DNA of 64,000 bases from a virus. Lineage: Duplodnaviria > Caudoviricetes. Every line of letters starts with the position of its first letter. Within the stretch, counting starts at the first letter, position 1. Below are positions 1 to 7,998 of the stretch, piece by piece. The DNA lies in the IMG/VR virus record IMGVR_UViG_2645728093_000001, positions 16,033 to 80,032 of that record. One strand, given 5' to 3'. The notes beneath the pieces are model-generated. The model was not told the origin of the DNA and did not search any database. It worked only from the letters and a program-made list of their open reading frames with translations. A program made the translations under genes and the position numbers.

Positions 1-193
1 TTGTGGAGGTGCGATGTCGAGATCGCCATCGCCTTTCGCGCGTTGATCTCGCCGGTCCTTGAGAAGCCCGACATCGACCACGCTTTGCCGCTCGCCAGCC
101 GGCCGCGCGCGAGCCAACCGTGCGTGCGTGCCGCATTGCATCGGCTCGGTGACGTAATGGTCTCGCCGTTGCTGAAGGTCGCGACGTAACGCG

Positions 194-427
194 TCAACAT
201 TCGGCGTCCTCCAAAACGGGACGGCCGAGGGCCTTCATCGCCTGCTGGGCGGCATGGCGGAAGCCATGGCAGAGGAGCGTGCGCCCGGCGTCGTCTAGGG
301 CGTTCTCGAGCTCCCCGCACCGCTCGCGAAGGTATTCTTTCTCGCTCCCATTGATCAGGGAGCAAACGACGTAGCCGATGCTGCCGGCGATAATCGCACA
401 GGAGGGGTAGAGGATAGCCTCGATCAT
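194..427 (-). CDS. Small hypothetical phage protein with N-terminal hydrophobic segment
   Basis: MIEAILYPSCAIIAGSIGYVV; start overlaps the stop of the upstream ORF at 424-427. Confidence 0.5.
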   Translation of the reverse strand: MIEAILYPSCAIIAGSIGYVVCSLINGSEKEYLRERCGELENALDDAGRTLLCHGFRHAAQQAMKALGRPVLEDAEC

Positions 428-681
428 GCCGACACCCGGTCGGTCGAGATCTTGAGGGCGGCGATCGCGGCGGCGTCGGAGTTGAGGGCCCAGACTTGGT
501 CCTTCGTCCGCCAGGCCTTGAAGCCGGCGGCGCGGATCTCGGCAACGACCCGCAGGGTGATCTCGTCGACAAACCCATCGATCCAGATGATGCGGTCGCC
601 ACCGGCCCGGTACTGATCGGACGAATACTTCACGCCGGCTGAGTTCCGGCGGTTCGTCGCGATGGTCGGGGTGGTGGTCAT
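424..681 (-). CDS. Hypothetical protein, first gene of leftward early operon
   Basis: ATG at 681 preceded by GGGAGA SD-like sequence, downstream of the PL-like promoter. Confidence 0.6.
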   Translation of the reverse strand: MTTTPTIATNRRNSAGVKYSSDQYRAGGDRIIWIDGFVDEITLRVVAEIRAAGFKAWRTKDQVWALNSDAAAIAALKISTDRVSA

Positions 682-720
682 TGTCGTCAGATCTCCCGTG
701 GCAGAAAAATCGATACATGG

Positions 721-777
721 TGTAGCGATTACTGTCAACACACCTTGTAGCGATTTTTTAGACGGGGTATGTAGCGA
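721..777 (-). promoter_or_regulatory. PL/OL-like leftward promoter with three TGTAGCGA operator half-sites
   Basis: TGTAGCGA at 721, 746, 770; minus strand reads GTGTTGACagtaATCGCTAC, matching GTGTTGACtatcATCGCTAC at 3172-3191. Confidence 0.7.
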
Positions 778-833
778 CATAACGTGGCGCTGCCGGATCG
801 GGCGCCGGACGCTTTCTCAGGGAATCATCGCCG

Positions 834-1703
834 TTGGCAGGTCGCGGCTACATCAAGCTCTACCGCTCGCTCTTCAGGCACGAGTTCTTCCGGCCTGCGG
901 CTTTCTCGGAGCGAGAAGCGTTTACCTGGATGATCGCGGAGGCGGCGTGGAAACCGCGCCAGCGCCGGTTCGGCCAATTCTTCGTTGATCTCGAGCGCGG
1001 GGAGCTCGCGGCTTCCCTTCGTTTTCTGGCCGAAACTTGGGACTGGAGCGTAGGAGCGGTGAGGGGTTACTTGGGTCGGTGCGAGAAAGAGGGAATGATC
1101 AGCACACGGTCCGACAAGGGGGTGACCGTAATAACCATCTGTAATTATGATATTTATCAGGGAGACGACCAGCCGGACGACACAGTCGACGACAACGTCT
1201 CAGCACAGTCCCAGCACAGTCCCAGCACAGCGTCAGCACACGACCAGCACAAAACAGAAGAAATAAAACATTCAAGAAAGGAAGAAGGGGAAGAGGGAAA
1301 GGGAGCGCTCGGCCAAGCGGCCGAGCCTCCCACCCAAGGCTCCCTCGTCCCGAAGGGGCCGACGGCGGTAAGACGGCAACGACAGCCGCGGATCCCGATC
1401 CCGCCCGATTGGTCTGCAGTTGGAGAGGACTGGCAATACGCGCTCGAGCGTGGCTTTACGGCGCAGACGATCCCGATCGAGGAGCAGAAATTCAGGCTGC
1501 ACTTCCTCAAAACCGGTGAGAAGCGACCCGGCTGGAGCCACTCCTGGAAAACCTGGATTTTGAAGGCGCTCGAGATCAGGGCCGAAAGGGCTGCCCGCAA
1601 TGGCTCGACGGGTCCGGCGCCGCGGCCTAGCCGCGCGGACTCGGCGGTTGAAGGTCTATTTTCCGATCTAACGCAGGAGGATTTCGGTGGGCGATCTCGT
1701 TGA
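834..1703 (+). CDS. Phage replication initiator (lambda O-like) protein
   Basis: N-terminal GYIKLYRSL...LERGELAASLRFLAETWDWS...TVITICNYDIYQ typical of phage replisome organisers; C-terminal IPPDW...F..HF...W...W.TW domain; internal iterons. Confidence 0.8.
   Translation: MAGRGYIKLYRSLFRHEFFRPAAFSEREAFTWMIAEAAWKPRQRRFGQFFVDLERGELAASLRFLAETWDWSVGAVRGYLGRCEKEGMISTRSDKGVTVITICNYDIYQGDDQPDDTVDDNVSAQSQHSPSTASAHDQHKTEEIKHSRKEEGEEGKGALGQAAEPPTQGSLVPKGPTAVRRQRQPRIPIPPDWSAVGEDWQYALERGFTAQTIPIEEQKFRLHFLKTGEKRPGWSHSWKTWILKALEIRAERAARNGSTGPAPRPSRADSAVEGLFSDLTQEDFGGRSR
1201..1300 (+). repeat. Iteron array and A-rich tract: probable lytic replication origin
   Basis: CAGCACA at 1201, 1212, 1223, 1234, 1245 (11-bp period) followed by an A/purine-rich stretch, inside the initiator gene as in lambdoid ori. 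Confidence 0.75.
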
Positions 1704-2199
1704 GACCGGGGGCGGAGCGCCCGCGCTGCCGCCAAATTTTGAGAAGTTGGACAAGGTCTGGGGACGGATCGACGAGGCGAGGACCGCGTCTGCCACGGCT
1801 TTCTCGCCCTCGGCGCAATTACTTTCCGATCTCGATGCCGTCATCGACCTGGTGGGGCGCCACGCCGGGGATATTCAAGCCGCCGCGGCTCCAATTTCCA
1901 AGGGCGATTTAGCCATCCATCTGGGTTTGCTCTTCAAATCCTTTCCGAACGCTGGTGTTCAGGATGCGAGGATCTTTGGCAAAATGATGCGGGACGATGT
2001 CCTGTCGCTACAGCCAACGGTCGGCGCGATCGATCTCGGCTGCCGGCGTTGGCGGCGAAAGTCCAAGTTTTTGCCCGCAATCGCCGAGATGATGGAAGAG
2101 GTTCGGTCCGCGCAATCTCAAATCGAGGGTGCCGTTGATTTCGTGCGGCGACTGCCGGCTCTGCGCGCCGATATGGCGAGAAAACTCAGTTCGCTCTGA
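1687..2199 (+). CDS. Replication accessory / helicase-loader-like protein
   Basis: Overlaps initiator stop; C-terminal WRRKSKFLPAIAEM resembles the F.P..AE motif of phage loader/inhibitor proteins. Confidence 0.55.
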   Translation: MGDLVETGGGAPALPPNFEKLDKVWGRIDEARTASATAFSPSAQLLSDLDAVIDLVGRHAGDIQAAAAPISKGDLAIHLGLLFKSFPNAGVQDARIFGKMMRDDVLSLQPTVGAIDLGCRRWRRKSKFLPAIAEMMEEVRSAQSQIEGAVDFVRRLPALRADMARKLSSL

Positions 2200-2396
2200 T
2201 TGGTAACGGCAGCGCACCGAAGGTGCCGTAGTTCGGCAGCAGCGTGCACATCCATCCGCCGGCGTCGAGCTGCAGGCAGGATGCCAGGATCTGGAGCGTC
2301 GGGTTTGGATCCGGGACGCGGATGTAGAACAGCTTGCGATCGCCGCGGCGAGGGCGGGGGTCGACCAAAACGCCAGGAAGACCAGCGCCGTGAGCC

Positions 2397-3137
2397 TCAT
2401 TCGACCGGTCTCGTCAGAAGTTTTGGCTGATGCTTCCGGCCGGCCTTTCGCCGCTCCGCGCGCTTAACCTGGTGCGCCGGGAAGCGGCAGAAGATTTCAC
2501 CGATCCACTCGAGCCGAACGTCCTCTATCGGATTGGAACCGTCCGAGCTGTGAAGATCGACCGTACGGCGGCTGCGACCTCGCATGATCTTCTTCAGAAG
2601 TCGGCGCCCATCGCTGGTCCGGACGACCGCGTCCTCACCGTAGAACGTGTCGAGGGGGCGGGTTGGCTCGGCGTAGACGACGACGATCTCGCCGGGTGCG
2701 AAGGCCGGCCGCATGGATTCGCCTCTCACCTCGAACGCCAGCATCTCGGCGGGCGGAGCGAAGGGAATTTCGATCTGAAAGAGCCCATCCGGAGGGACCT
2801 GCTCGTAGTCGGGGTCGATAACGGCGCCCGCGCCGACGTAACCGACGCCCCGGATCGAGTGGACCTCCTCGAAGGTTGCCTCGATCGCATCATCGCCATC
2901 GCCGTAGTGAATCTCCCGAGCCGTCACCTTGACGCCAAGTGATCGGAAGCGACTGACGTACCTCTGGGCATCGTCGTAGCCGATCGTGCGTGTTCCAGCC
3001 TCGTGAGCTCGATAGGTGCTCTCCGGCCAGCCGAACTCAATCGCCGCGGCGCGCGCCGAGCGAAAGCCGGCCTCAAGCCTGGCGGCAGCCAGACGCCGGC
3101 CCTGTTCCTTGGCGGCGCGATCGTTTTTCTGTGCCAT
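2397..3137 (-). CDS. CI-like repressor (XRE HTH plus S24 peptidase)
   Basis: RLAAARLEAGF...ESTYRAHEAGTR HTH; VGAG cleavage site; VRGESM Ser and LLKKI Lys of S24 domain; divergent from cro-like gene. Confidence 0.9.
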   Translation of the reverse strand: MAQKNDRAAKEQGRRLAAARLEAGFRSARAAAIEFGWPESTYRAHEAGTRTIGYDDAQRYVSRFRSLGVKVTAREIHYGDGDDAIEATFEEVHSIRGVGYVGAGAVIDPDYEQVPPDGLFQIEIPFAPPAEMLAFEVRGESMRPAFAPGEIVVVYAEPTRPLDTFYGEDAVVRTSDGRRLLKKIMRGRSRRTVDLHSSDGSNPIEDVRLEWIGEIFCRFPAHQVKRAERRKAGRKHQPKLLTRPVE

Positions 3138-3146
3138 AGCACACAG

Positions 3147-3203
3147 TGTAGCGACAGGAACGCTACATGCCGTGTTGACTATCATCGCTACCTCATGTAG
3201 CGA
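3147..3203. promoter_or_regulatory. OR/PR-like operator region between cI and cro
   Basis: Inverted repeats TGTAGCG-N7-CGCTACA (3147-3167) and TCGCTAC-N5-GTAGCGA (3185-3203) flank TTGACT at 3175. Confidence 0.75.
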
Positions 3204-3213
3204 TTTGGGCATC

Positions 3214-3492
3214 ATGACCGATGCTCCGCAGACTGAACCCCTCGTCCCGCAAAGCCACTCGGACGTCATCGACGCCTTCGGCGGCCCCGTGAAGTTCGGG
3301 ACCGCGGTCGGCATCAAGGACAGCCATGCCCGCACGATGAAGGCCCGGGACTCGATCCCGAGTGTCCGCTGGACGGATGTTGTCGCGGCGGCGGAGCGCG
3401 AGGGCATCGCGCTCATCACGCTGCAACTCTTGGCCGACCTGGATGCCGCGAAGCTGAAGACGAAGGCTGCCGAGAGCGAGGGTGCGTCCTAA
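3214..3492 (+). CDS. Cro-like small DNA-binding protein
   Basis: SDVIDAFGGPVKFGTAVGI...ARTMKARDSIP..RW pattern; divergent from cI. Confidence 0.75.
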   Translation: MTDAPQTEPLVPQSHSDVIDAFGGPVKFGTAVGIKDSHARTMKARDSIPSVRWTDVVAAAEREGIALITLQLLADLDAAKLKTKAAESEGAS

Positions 3493-3779
3493 TGGCCTGT
3501 GCGACGCTTCATCTCGGTGAGCGTATCCGGCGATGGATGCCAGGGGGCAGCATTCGCTGTAATTCCGCGCAGAGCGAACTGAAGCGTGTCGGGCACCTTG
3601 TCGATCGGCATGACGAGCTTCGAGACGACGAGATGTTCCGAACCCACGCCGCCGAGCGAGTCCTGGGCAGCGTAGAACCAAAACCGCACACAAGATCCGA
3701 GAATCTCTACCTTCCCGATCCCAGTTGCAAAAATGTCGGCGTGCGCGGTCAGTTCCACAAGTTGAATCTCGTCGCCCAT
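3489..3779 (-). CDS. Hypothetical protein antisense to early operon
   Basis: MGDEIQLVEL start with GGGGAAG SD; protein-like composition. Confidence 0.5.
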   Translation of the reverse strand: MGDEIQLVELTAHADIFATGIGKVEILGSCVRFWFYAAQDSLGGVGSEHLVVSKLVMPIDKVPDTLQFALRGITANAAPWHPSPDTLTEMKRRTGH

Positions 3780-3945
3780 TGTACTTCCCCAAGTGTTTTT
3801 GTTCTGTGGGTGCACAAGAGTACAGATACACGCAGACGTGGACCCCTATTTTCGTTGGTAGGTATTTGCACTTACGGACATTTCCCAAGACGACTCGCTG
3901 TTCGTCTTTACGGAAAATTCTCATCTCGACTTGAGCGGGTGACAT

Positions 3946-4296
3946 CTACGTGTGCAACCGAGGTGTTGCGCGTAGTGCGGATGCCTTCGCAGACAGCCGG
4001 CCGGCCTGGTCGAGCAACTCGGGCGCACGGATCGCCCAATGCGTATCGGTCCTGCCGCTCGCATGCATCAGCAACTTTTCGGAAAGGCGGTCGAGCATGA
4101 CCGCCGCGCATCCTCTCGGCACCAATCCGCTGTCGATCAGCATCTGCACGATCGCGTCGAAGGACTCCTCCGCGATCAGCATGCGCGTTCCCGCCAGGGC
4201 GGCGCGCGCCCAGTCGTCGTCTTTTGTCGTCGTCGTCGTCGGCGCCGTCGTGGCGTCGGCAAAATTTTTCAGTGCAGCGTAGGGAGGTTTCAGCAT
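3946..4296 (-). CDS. Hypothetical protein antisense to early operon
   Basis: ORF MLKPPYAALKNF..., helical composition; start uncertain. Confidence 0.4.
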   Translation of the reverse strand: MLKPPYAALKNFADATTAPTTTTTKDDDWARAALAGTRMLIAEESFDAIVQMLIDSGLVPRGCAAVMLDRLSEKLLMHASGRTDTHWAIRAPELLDQAGRLSAKASALRATPRLHT

Positions 4297-4714
4297 GGGA
4301 ACATTGTCACTCGACCTTTTGCAGCGTGCAAACAGAAGCGCTGAACAGTCGTTCGGTACACCGCGAACGAACGTGCGATGCGCGAAAATGACGTCTGAAA
4401 TCATGCGGTTGGCATACAAGCTGATCGCCGGGACGCGCAAAAACCTCGCCGAGCAGGCGAAGGTTTCTATTCGGACGATCGACAATTGGAAAAGCGGGGA
4501 CCGCACCGTTCGTCTCGAGGAACTGTTTCATCTTCTCGATGGCCCCGAGGGTGTCGCGTTCTTCCAGGCGTTCTGGGACCAAGTCCCAGAGTCGACCCGC
4601 GAGCGCTGGATCAAAGGCGAAATACTTCGCCGGCGCCTGGCCGAACGCGCGCTCGAGCGCGACCGCGAGGATCGCGAGATTGAACAACTTCGCATGGAAT
4701 TGAGTGGGCGCTGA
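4295..4714 (+). CDS. CII-like / HTH transcription regulator
   Basis: KNLAEQAKVSIRTIDNWKSG HTH; position after cro. Confidence 0.6.
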   Translation: MGTLSLDLLQRANRSAEQSFGTPRTNVRCAKMTSEIMRLAYKLIAGTRKNLAEQAKVSIRTIDNWKSGDRTVRLEELFHLLDGPEGVAFFQAFWDQVPESTRERWIKGEILRRRLAERALERDREDREIEQLRMELSGR

Positions 4715-4765
4715 CGGCGTGCGTGCCGCGCGTCACGCGGCGACTTCTGCATCACAGGCTTCGAC

Positions 4766-4963
4766 GTGTTCAATCTTCTAGCCGATTTTGCCAATGGTCT
4801 TGGGTATCTCTGCGCCGATTGGGCTGACTATCAGTCGGCGGCTTCCAAGCGCTGGGTTCGTCGCGGCCAGTATTGCCGCGACGTCGAGCTGTGGTTCCGG
4901 CTGCGCTGCTCGAAGCCGTTCGCCGAGATCCGCGCGGAAAGGTCATCGCGATGCCAGCCCTGA
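4766..4963 (+). CDS. Hypothetical protein
   Basis: Short ORF overlapping the start of the GcrA gene. Confidence 0.35.
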   Translation: MFNLLADFANGLGYLCADWADYQSAASKRWVRRGQYCRDVELWFRLRCSKPFAEIRAERSSRCQP

Positions 4964-5556
4964 CCTGGTCCGACGATCGCGTCGAGCAGTTGAAGAAGTT
5001 GTGGGAGGCGGGACTATCGGCCAGCCAGATGGCGGCCGAGATCGGCAACGTCACCCGCAACGCCGTGATCGGAAAGATCCATCGCCTTGGGCTCAGTGGC
5101 CGCACGAAGGGACACGAGACGAAGCCAAGGAAATCACGGACGCCGCGCCCGTCGTCGCCGGCGCCTTCCCGCCGCGTCCTTGCGCTCCGCCAGGCTATCG
5201 ACGCAGCTTCCGATGACACGCATGCCGCCAACCTCGAGGCTGCCGCCGAGTTCGATCCGGCGGCCATCTCGGTTTCCGATGCAGAGATCCCAGCCGAGGT
5301 GCGGGTGAAGTCGATCCTCGACCTCGGGGATGGGGACTGCCGCTTTCCAATCGGAGAGGTCGGCACCGAGGCGTTCTACTTCTGCGGCCGCGGCGGCAGG
5401 AAGCTTGATGGCCTGCCGTACTGCGCCCGGCATGCCCGTATCGCTTACACGAGCCCCGCGGAGCGTCGCGCCAGCATCTCGGACGCCGAGCTCGAGCGCC
5501 GCGCCGCCCTCGGCCGTCGCATGGCCGCGCGTGGTCGAAGCGGGAGGGCGGCATGA
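4951..5556 (+). CDS. gcrA: GcrA-family cell-cycle regulator homologue
   Basis: TWSDDRVEQLKKLWEAGLSASQMAAEIGNVTRNAVIGKIHRLGLSGR and C-terminal CRFPIG...FYFCG...PYCARHARIAY. Confidence 0.93.
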   Translation: MPALTWSDDRVEQLKKLWEAGLSASQMAAEIGNVTRNAVIGKIHRLGLSGRTKGHETKPRKSRTPRPSSPAPSRRVLALRQAIDAASDDTHAANLEAAAEFDPAAISVSDAEIPAEVRVKSILDLGDGDCRFPIGEVGTEAFYFCGRGGRKLDGLPYCARHARIAYTSPAERRASISDAELERRAALGRRMAARGRSGRAA

Positions 5557-5783
5557 GCCAGGTCATGCTCGATTATGCCCGCAAGGAGATCATCTGCTCG
5601 CTCGCGATCGTCGAGGCTGCCGGCGGCAAGGACGTCGCGAACCTGATGGTCGAGGCGCACCTCCAGGCGCTGTCAACCTATCTCCGCGGCTCGATCGGCT
5701 CGGAGGCTGCGTTCGAGGTCTTCTCGCGCTACGCGGACGAGATCATCAGGCCGACGGTTGATGCCAGGGCGGTGCGGTCGTGA
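5553..5783 (+). CDS. Hypothetical protein
   Basis: Translationally coupled (ATGA/GTGA overlaps) in the operon. Confidence 0.6.
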   Translation: MSQVMLDYARKEIICSLAIVEAAGGKDVANLMVEAHLQALSTYLRGSIGSEAAFEVFSRYADEIIRPTVDARAVRS

Positions 5784-6124
5784 CGCACGGTCTCACACCC
5801 AAACAGGCGGAGGTGTTTGGCTTCATCCGAACCCGGATCATGGAGACCGGGGTTTCACCGACCTATGCCGAGATCATGTCCGCGACAGGGTTGATGGCGA
5901 AAAGCCACGTCAACCGCATCGTGGTTGGGCTTGAGCAGCGCGGCGCAATTGTTCGCCTCGCAAGGAAGACGCGATCGATAGGGCTCGTCGACGGCATCAC
6001 GGTTAATCCCCATCCCGAGGTGCGCCGCGCGATCGACACTTATGCGGCTGAGCACAACATCAGTGTCGAGACCGCGTGCCATGAGGCGCTGCGCGCCTAT
6101 TTCGTGGAGGCGGCGGCGCAATGA
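5780..6124 (+). CDS. LexA-type winged-HTH DNA-binding protein without peptidase domain
   Basis: LTPKQAEVFGFIRTRIMETGVSPTYAEIM...GLEQRGAIVR. Confidence 0.8.
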   Translation: MTHGLTPKQAEVFGFIRTRIMETGVSPTYAEIMSATGLMAKSHVNRIVVGLEQRGAIVRLARKTRSIGLVDGITVNPHPEVRRAIDTYAAEHNISVETACHEALRAYFVEAAAQ

Positions 6125-6738
6125 GCGGCTGGTTCTTCGATCCTCTGCTTCCGTTCTGCGCTGACGTCGTCGACCCCCCGACGGAGTTCAAGTTGCGGTC
6201 TGAGAACGGCAACAAGAAATCCGCGTCGGCGCAATATGACATCATGTCGTGGGATGACCTTGCCAAGCTACCGGTGGGGCATCTCGTTCGAGGCAACGGC
6301 ATCATCACGCTCTGGGCCTGCCCGCCAACCCTCGACCAATCAATGTGGTTGTTGAAGCAGTGGGGAGCGCGTTTCAAGACCGAGTTGGTGTGGCCGAAGG
6401 GGCGCATGGGTACCGGGTACCGCTCGCGCGCGATGCACGAGTCGGTTTTGCTCGGCGTATTCGGCGACGAACATCAGATCCACGACGCACTGTATGGCGT
6501 GATCAAGGGCAAGGCGCGCGGGCATAGCCAGAAGCCGCGTGAGTGGTACGCGCACCTCCGCAAGAAAACGCCGGGCCTCGACCGGTTGTGCCTGTTCTCG
6601 CGCGAGAGCCACGAGGGCTTCACGCATTGGGGCAACGAGGTCGGCACCGTCGCAGTCGGCGCGAGCGTGCCTCCACGCCGAAAGAAGGAGAAGCCGACCG
6701 CGGCGGCCCCGCTCTTCGATGAAGGAGCGGCGGCGTAA
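6121..6738 (+). CDS. MT-A70-family adenine methyltransferase
   Basis: DPP motif, YDIMS, LWA, ELVWPK, MGTGYRSR..HE..L, HSQKP, LFSRE...WGNE. Confidence 0.85.
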   Translation: MSGWFFDPLLPFCADVVDPPTEFKLRSENGNKKSASAQYDIMSWDDLAKLPVGHLVRGNGIITLWACPPTLDQSMWLLKQWGARFKTELVWPKGRMGTGYRSRAMHESVLLGVFGDEHQIHDALYGVIKGKARGHSQKPREWYAHLRKKTPGLDRLCLFSRESHEGFTHWGNEVGTVAVGASVPPRRKKEKPTAAAPLFDEGAAA

Positions 6739-6787
6739 TCGACACCAATTCCCCCTCAGCAAGTGACTATCAGAACCGGAGAAGGAC

Positions 6788-7354
6788 ATGACGACAGCCC
6801 AGCAGAACGAGCCGACCCAACAAGCCCTCGATGCCTTCAATCTCGCCCGCATCCGTGCGGCACAGAAGGAAGCCGAATCCGTCAACGAGACCAACAACAG
6901 CGCGAAGAACAAGCTCCGCGGTGTTTTCGCGATCACGCAGGGGCAGGGCCTGCACAACGATGCCGCTCGCGAGGCGCTGAAGCTGGTCGAGGGTGGCGAG
7001 GCCGACATCGACGCCTTTTGCGAGAAGGTCCGCAAGATTGGTGTGTATGTCGGATTCCTCGGCAAGACCCTGACGCCGCGGCAGTACGAGCTCTTCGGCA
7101 TGCCGGCGGCAGGTCCGGCGCCTGAGGACGAGCGCGCCGAGAACGAAGGCCGCGCCGCAGGCTTCCGGATGGACGACGAGGCTGGCTCGAAGGAGCAGGA
7201 CAATCCGTACGAGGTCGGCTCGCAGAAAGGCCAGGCCTGGATCAAGGGATTCCGGAAGGGGCGTCCGGAGCGCAACACGCTGCTGTCGATGCAGAAGACT
7301 GAGCCGGTGCCCGGTGCCACTGCAGGCGACGCGAGGAGCGGCGAGGCGTCATGA
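6788..7354 (+). CDS. Hypothetical protein, GapR-like N-terminus with NPY...W..G C-terminal motif
   Basis: Helical N-terminus resembling GapR/DUF2312; DNPYEVGSQKGQAWIKGF. Confidence 0.5.
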   Translation: MTTAQQNEPTQQALDAFNLARIRAAQKEAESVNETNNSAKNKLRGVFAITQGQGLHNDAAREALKLVEGGEADIDAFCEKVRKIGVYVGFLGKTLTPRQYELFGMPAAGPAPEDERAENEGRAAGFRMDDEAGSKEQDNPYEVGSQKGQAWIKGFRKGRPERNTLLSMQKTEPVPGATAGDARSGEAS

Positions 7355-7998
7355 TCCTGGCGGGCCTCGATACCGGCACGACGTCGGGACTCGGATTGAT
7401 CCGAGGTGATCGGCTGATCCATGCCGAGTCCCGCCATTTTGACGGCGAGGACCCCGAGGCCTTCTTCAAGTATTCGCGCTGGCTCGATGAGGTCTTCCAG
7501 CGGTTTGACATCGCCGAGCTCGCCTTCGAGTCGCCGTTGCGCACCAACTCAACAGTGAAAACCGAAGAGATCGTCGATGACGAGCTCGTCAAGACCGAGC
7601 GGCCGATCGGCAACATGCGCACCTTCTTGCGCCTGTATGGCATCCGCGGTTGCACGCTCCTCGCGCTCCAGCGACACAAGGTCCGTCGTGCAGAGGCGGG
7701 CAGCGATTTCAACTTCCGCGAGGTCAACGTTCGAACCTGGCGCTCGCGGGTCTTTGGAAAGATCAGCCCGCCGGACACGGCCATCAATCGCTCGGCTTGG
7801 TGGAAGGAACAGGCGCTCGGCCGCTGCAAGATCCTGCAGTGGCCCGTCACGCAGAAGGACGCGGCCGAGGGCGCGATGATCGCGGAGTGGCTTCGCATCG
7901 CCGTGAAGGAAGAGCGCCTCGGAATTAAGGAGCGGAACGGAGAGCCGGATCTCTTCGAACCGCGGCAAACCGAAACACGAAAGGAGACTCCGTTTTGA
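7351..7998 (+). CDS. RuvC-like Holliday junction resolvase / nuclease
   Basis: MILAGLDTGTTSGLG, AFE acidic motif, DAAEG. Confidence 0.7.
   Translation: MILAGLDTGTTSGLGLIRGDRLIHAESRHFDGEDPEAFFKYSRWLDEVFQRFDIAELAFESPLRTNSTVKTEEIVDDELVKTERPIGNMRTFLRLYGIRGCTLLALQRHKVRRAEAGSDFNFREVNVRTWRSRVFGKISPPDTAINRSAWWKEQALGRCKILQWPVTQKDAAEGAMIAEWLRIAVKEERLGIKERNGEPDLFEPRQTETRKETPF

Noticed and set aside
4214-4258. GTC trinucleotide run
   Set aside because: Low-complexity Thr/Asp codons of the minus-strand ORF
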